From Magallana gigas (lineage: Eukaryota), in contig NC_088855.1 of assembly GCF_963853765.1 (NCBI RefSeq), forward strand, positions 13,082,001 through 13,146,000: a stretch of DNA of 64,000 bases, written 5' to 3'. A program made the position numbers and the translations under genes. How positions within the stretch are numbered: the stretch's first letter is position 1; every line of letters starts with the position of its first letter. Positions 63,421 to 64,000 of this stretch are shown here, in pieces. The notes below the pieces were generated by a model that saw only the letters and a program-made list of their open reading frames with translations, searched no databases and was not told the origin of the DNA.

Positions 63421-64000
63421 TGTAAACATGTAGTTTCTCAGTGTCTTATAGTTATGCATATTGTACATTAAATTAAATGAATATAATGATGAGAAAATAC
63501 AATAAATCATACTTTAAAACCAGAGATATACATGAATATATAATTATGTTAGTCATATATATACACAAAGTTTAAATAAATTAATTTAGAAGTTTCACTG
63601 TTTTTTTCATAACCTTTCTCCGAAAAAGCGAAAATAGAAAGGTTATGAACAGTATTGATTTACAAGACAAATTAAATGAAAATTATTTGTCAATAGAATT
63701 TAATACAAAAACTAGTAACATGATTATTCTTGTGTCATTTACTTAACTGTAATGAAACAGAAAATGATAAGATAAAGAATGATTTGAAAATACGAGTTTT
63801 ATGATAATTTTGTCATTTGAGCAATTGTAAAAAATAATTTAATGCACTTTATACTTTAAAATGAGCATTATCAAAAACAATAAACTTTATGACACTTTTA
63901 TGACAAGTTCAATATAACCATACAAGATGAAGACATCTTTTCTGTTCTATATGATACAAATAATGTTTCGATCATATATATTTGCATATAAATGCATGCA

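Overview
AT-rich eukaryotic (metazoan) genomic DNA. The gene families and repeat types point to a bivalve, most likely an oyster (inference). I found no prokaryotic features, CRISPR arrays, rRNA or intact tRNA genes. Host genes: a cluster of four multi-exon type-I membrane receptor-like genes arranged A(-) B(-) | C(+) D(+). A and C are short MEGF10/Draper-like EGF-repeat receptors with Tyr-motif tails. B and D are paralogues with the same uncharacterised Cys-rich ectodomain but very different tails; the B tail is built from phase-1 exon modules, five of which end in an NPF-acidic motif. Most non-coding DNA is transposon-derived: Helentron/pearl-like elements with internal satellites, TA-TSD MITEs, non-autonomous TTAA elements, a foldback element, palindromic elements, and decayed Gypsy, Penelope, CR1/L2 and piggyBac pieces. 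The most notable element is an intact 3512-bp Kolobok-type DNA transposon (59082-62593). It has TTAA target-site duplications (TSDs) and short terminal inverted repeats (TIRs), and it divergently encodes a 557-aa DDD/E transposase and a 185-aa putative His-Me-finger nuclease, as in KolobokP. It lacks the long terminal direct repeats that define that lineage. Exon models were read by eye from GT/AG sites and reading phase and need RNA confirmation.
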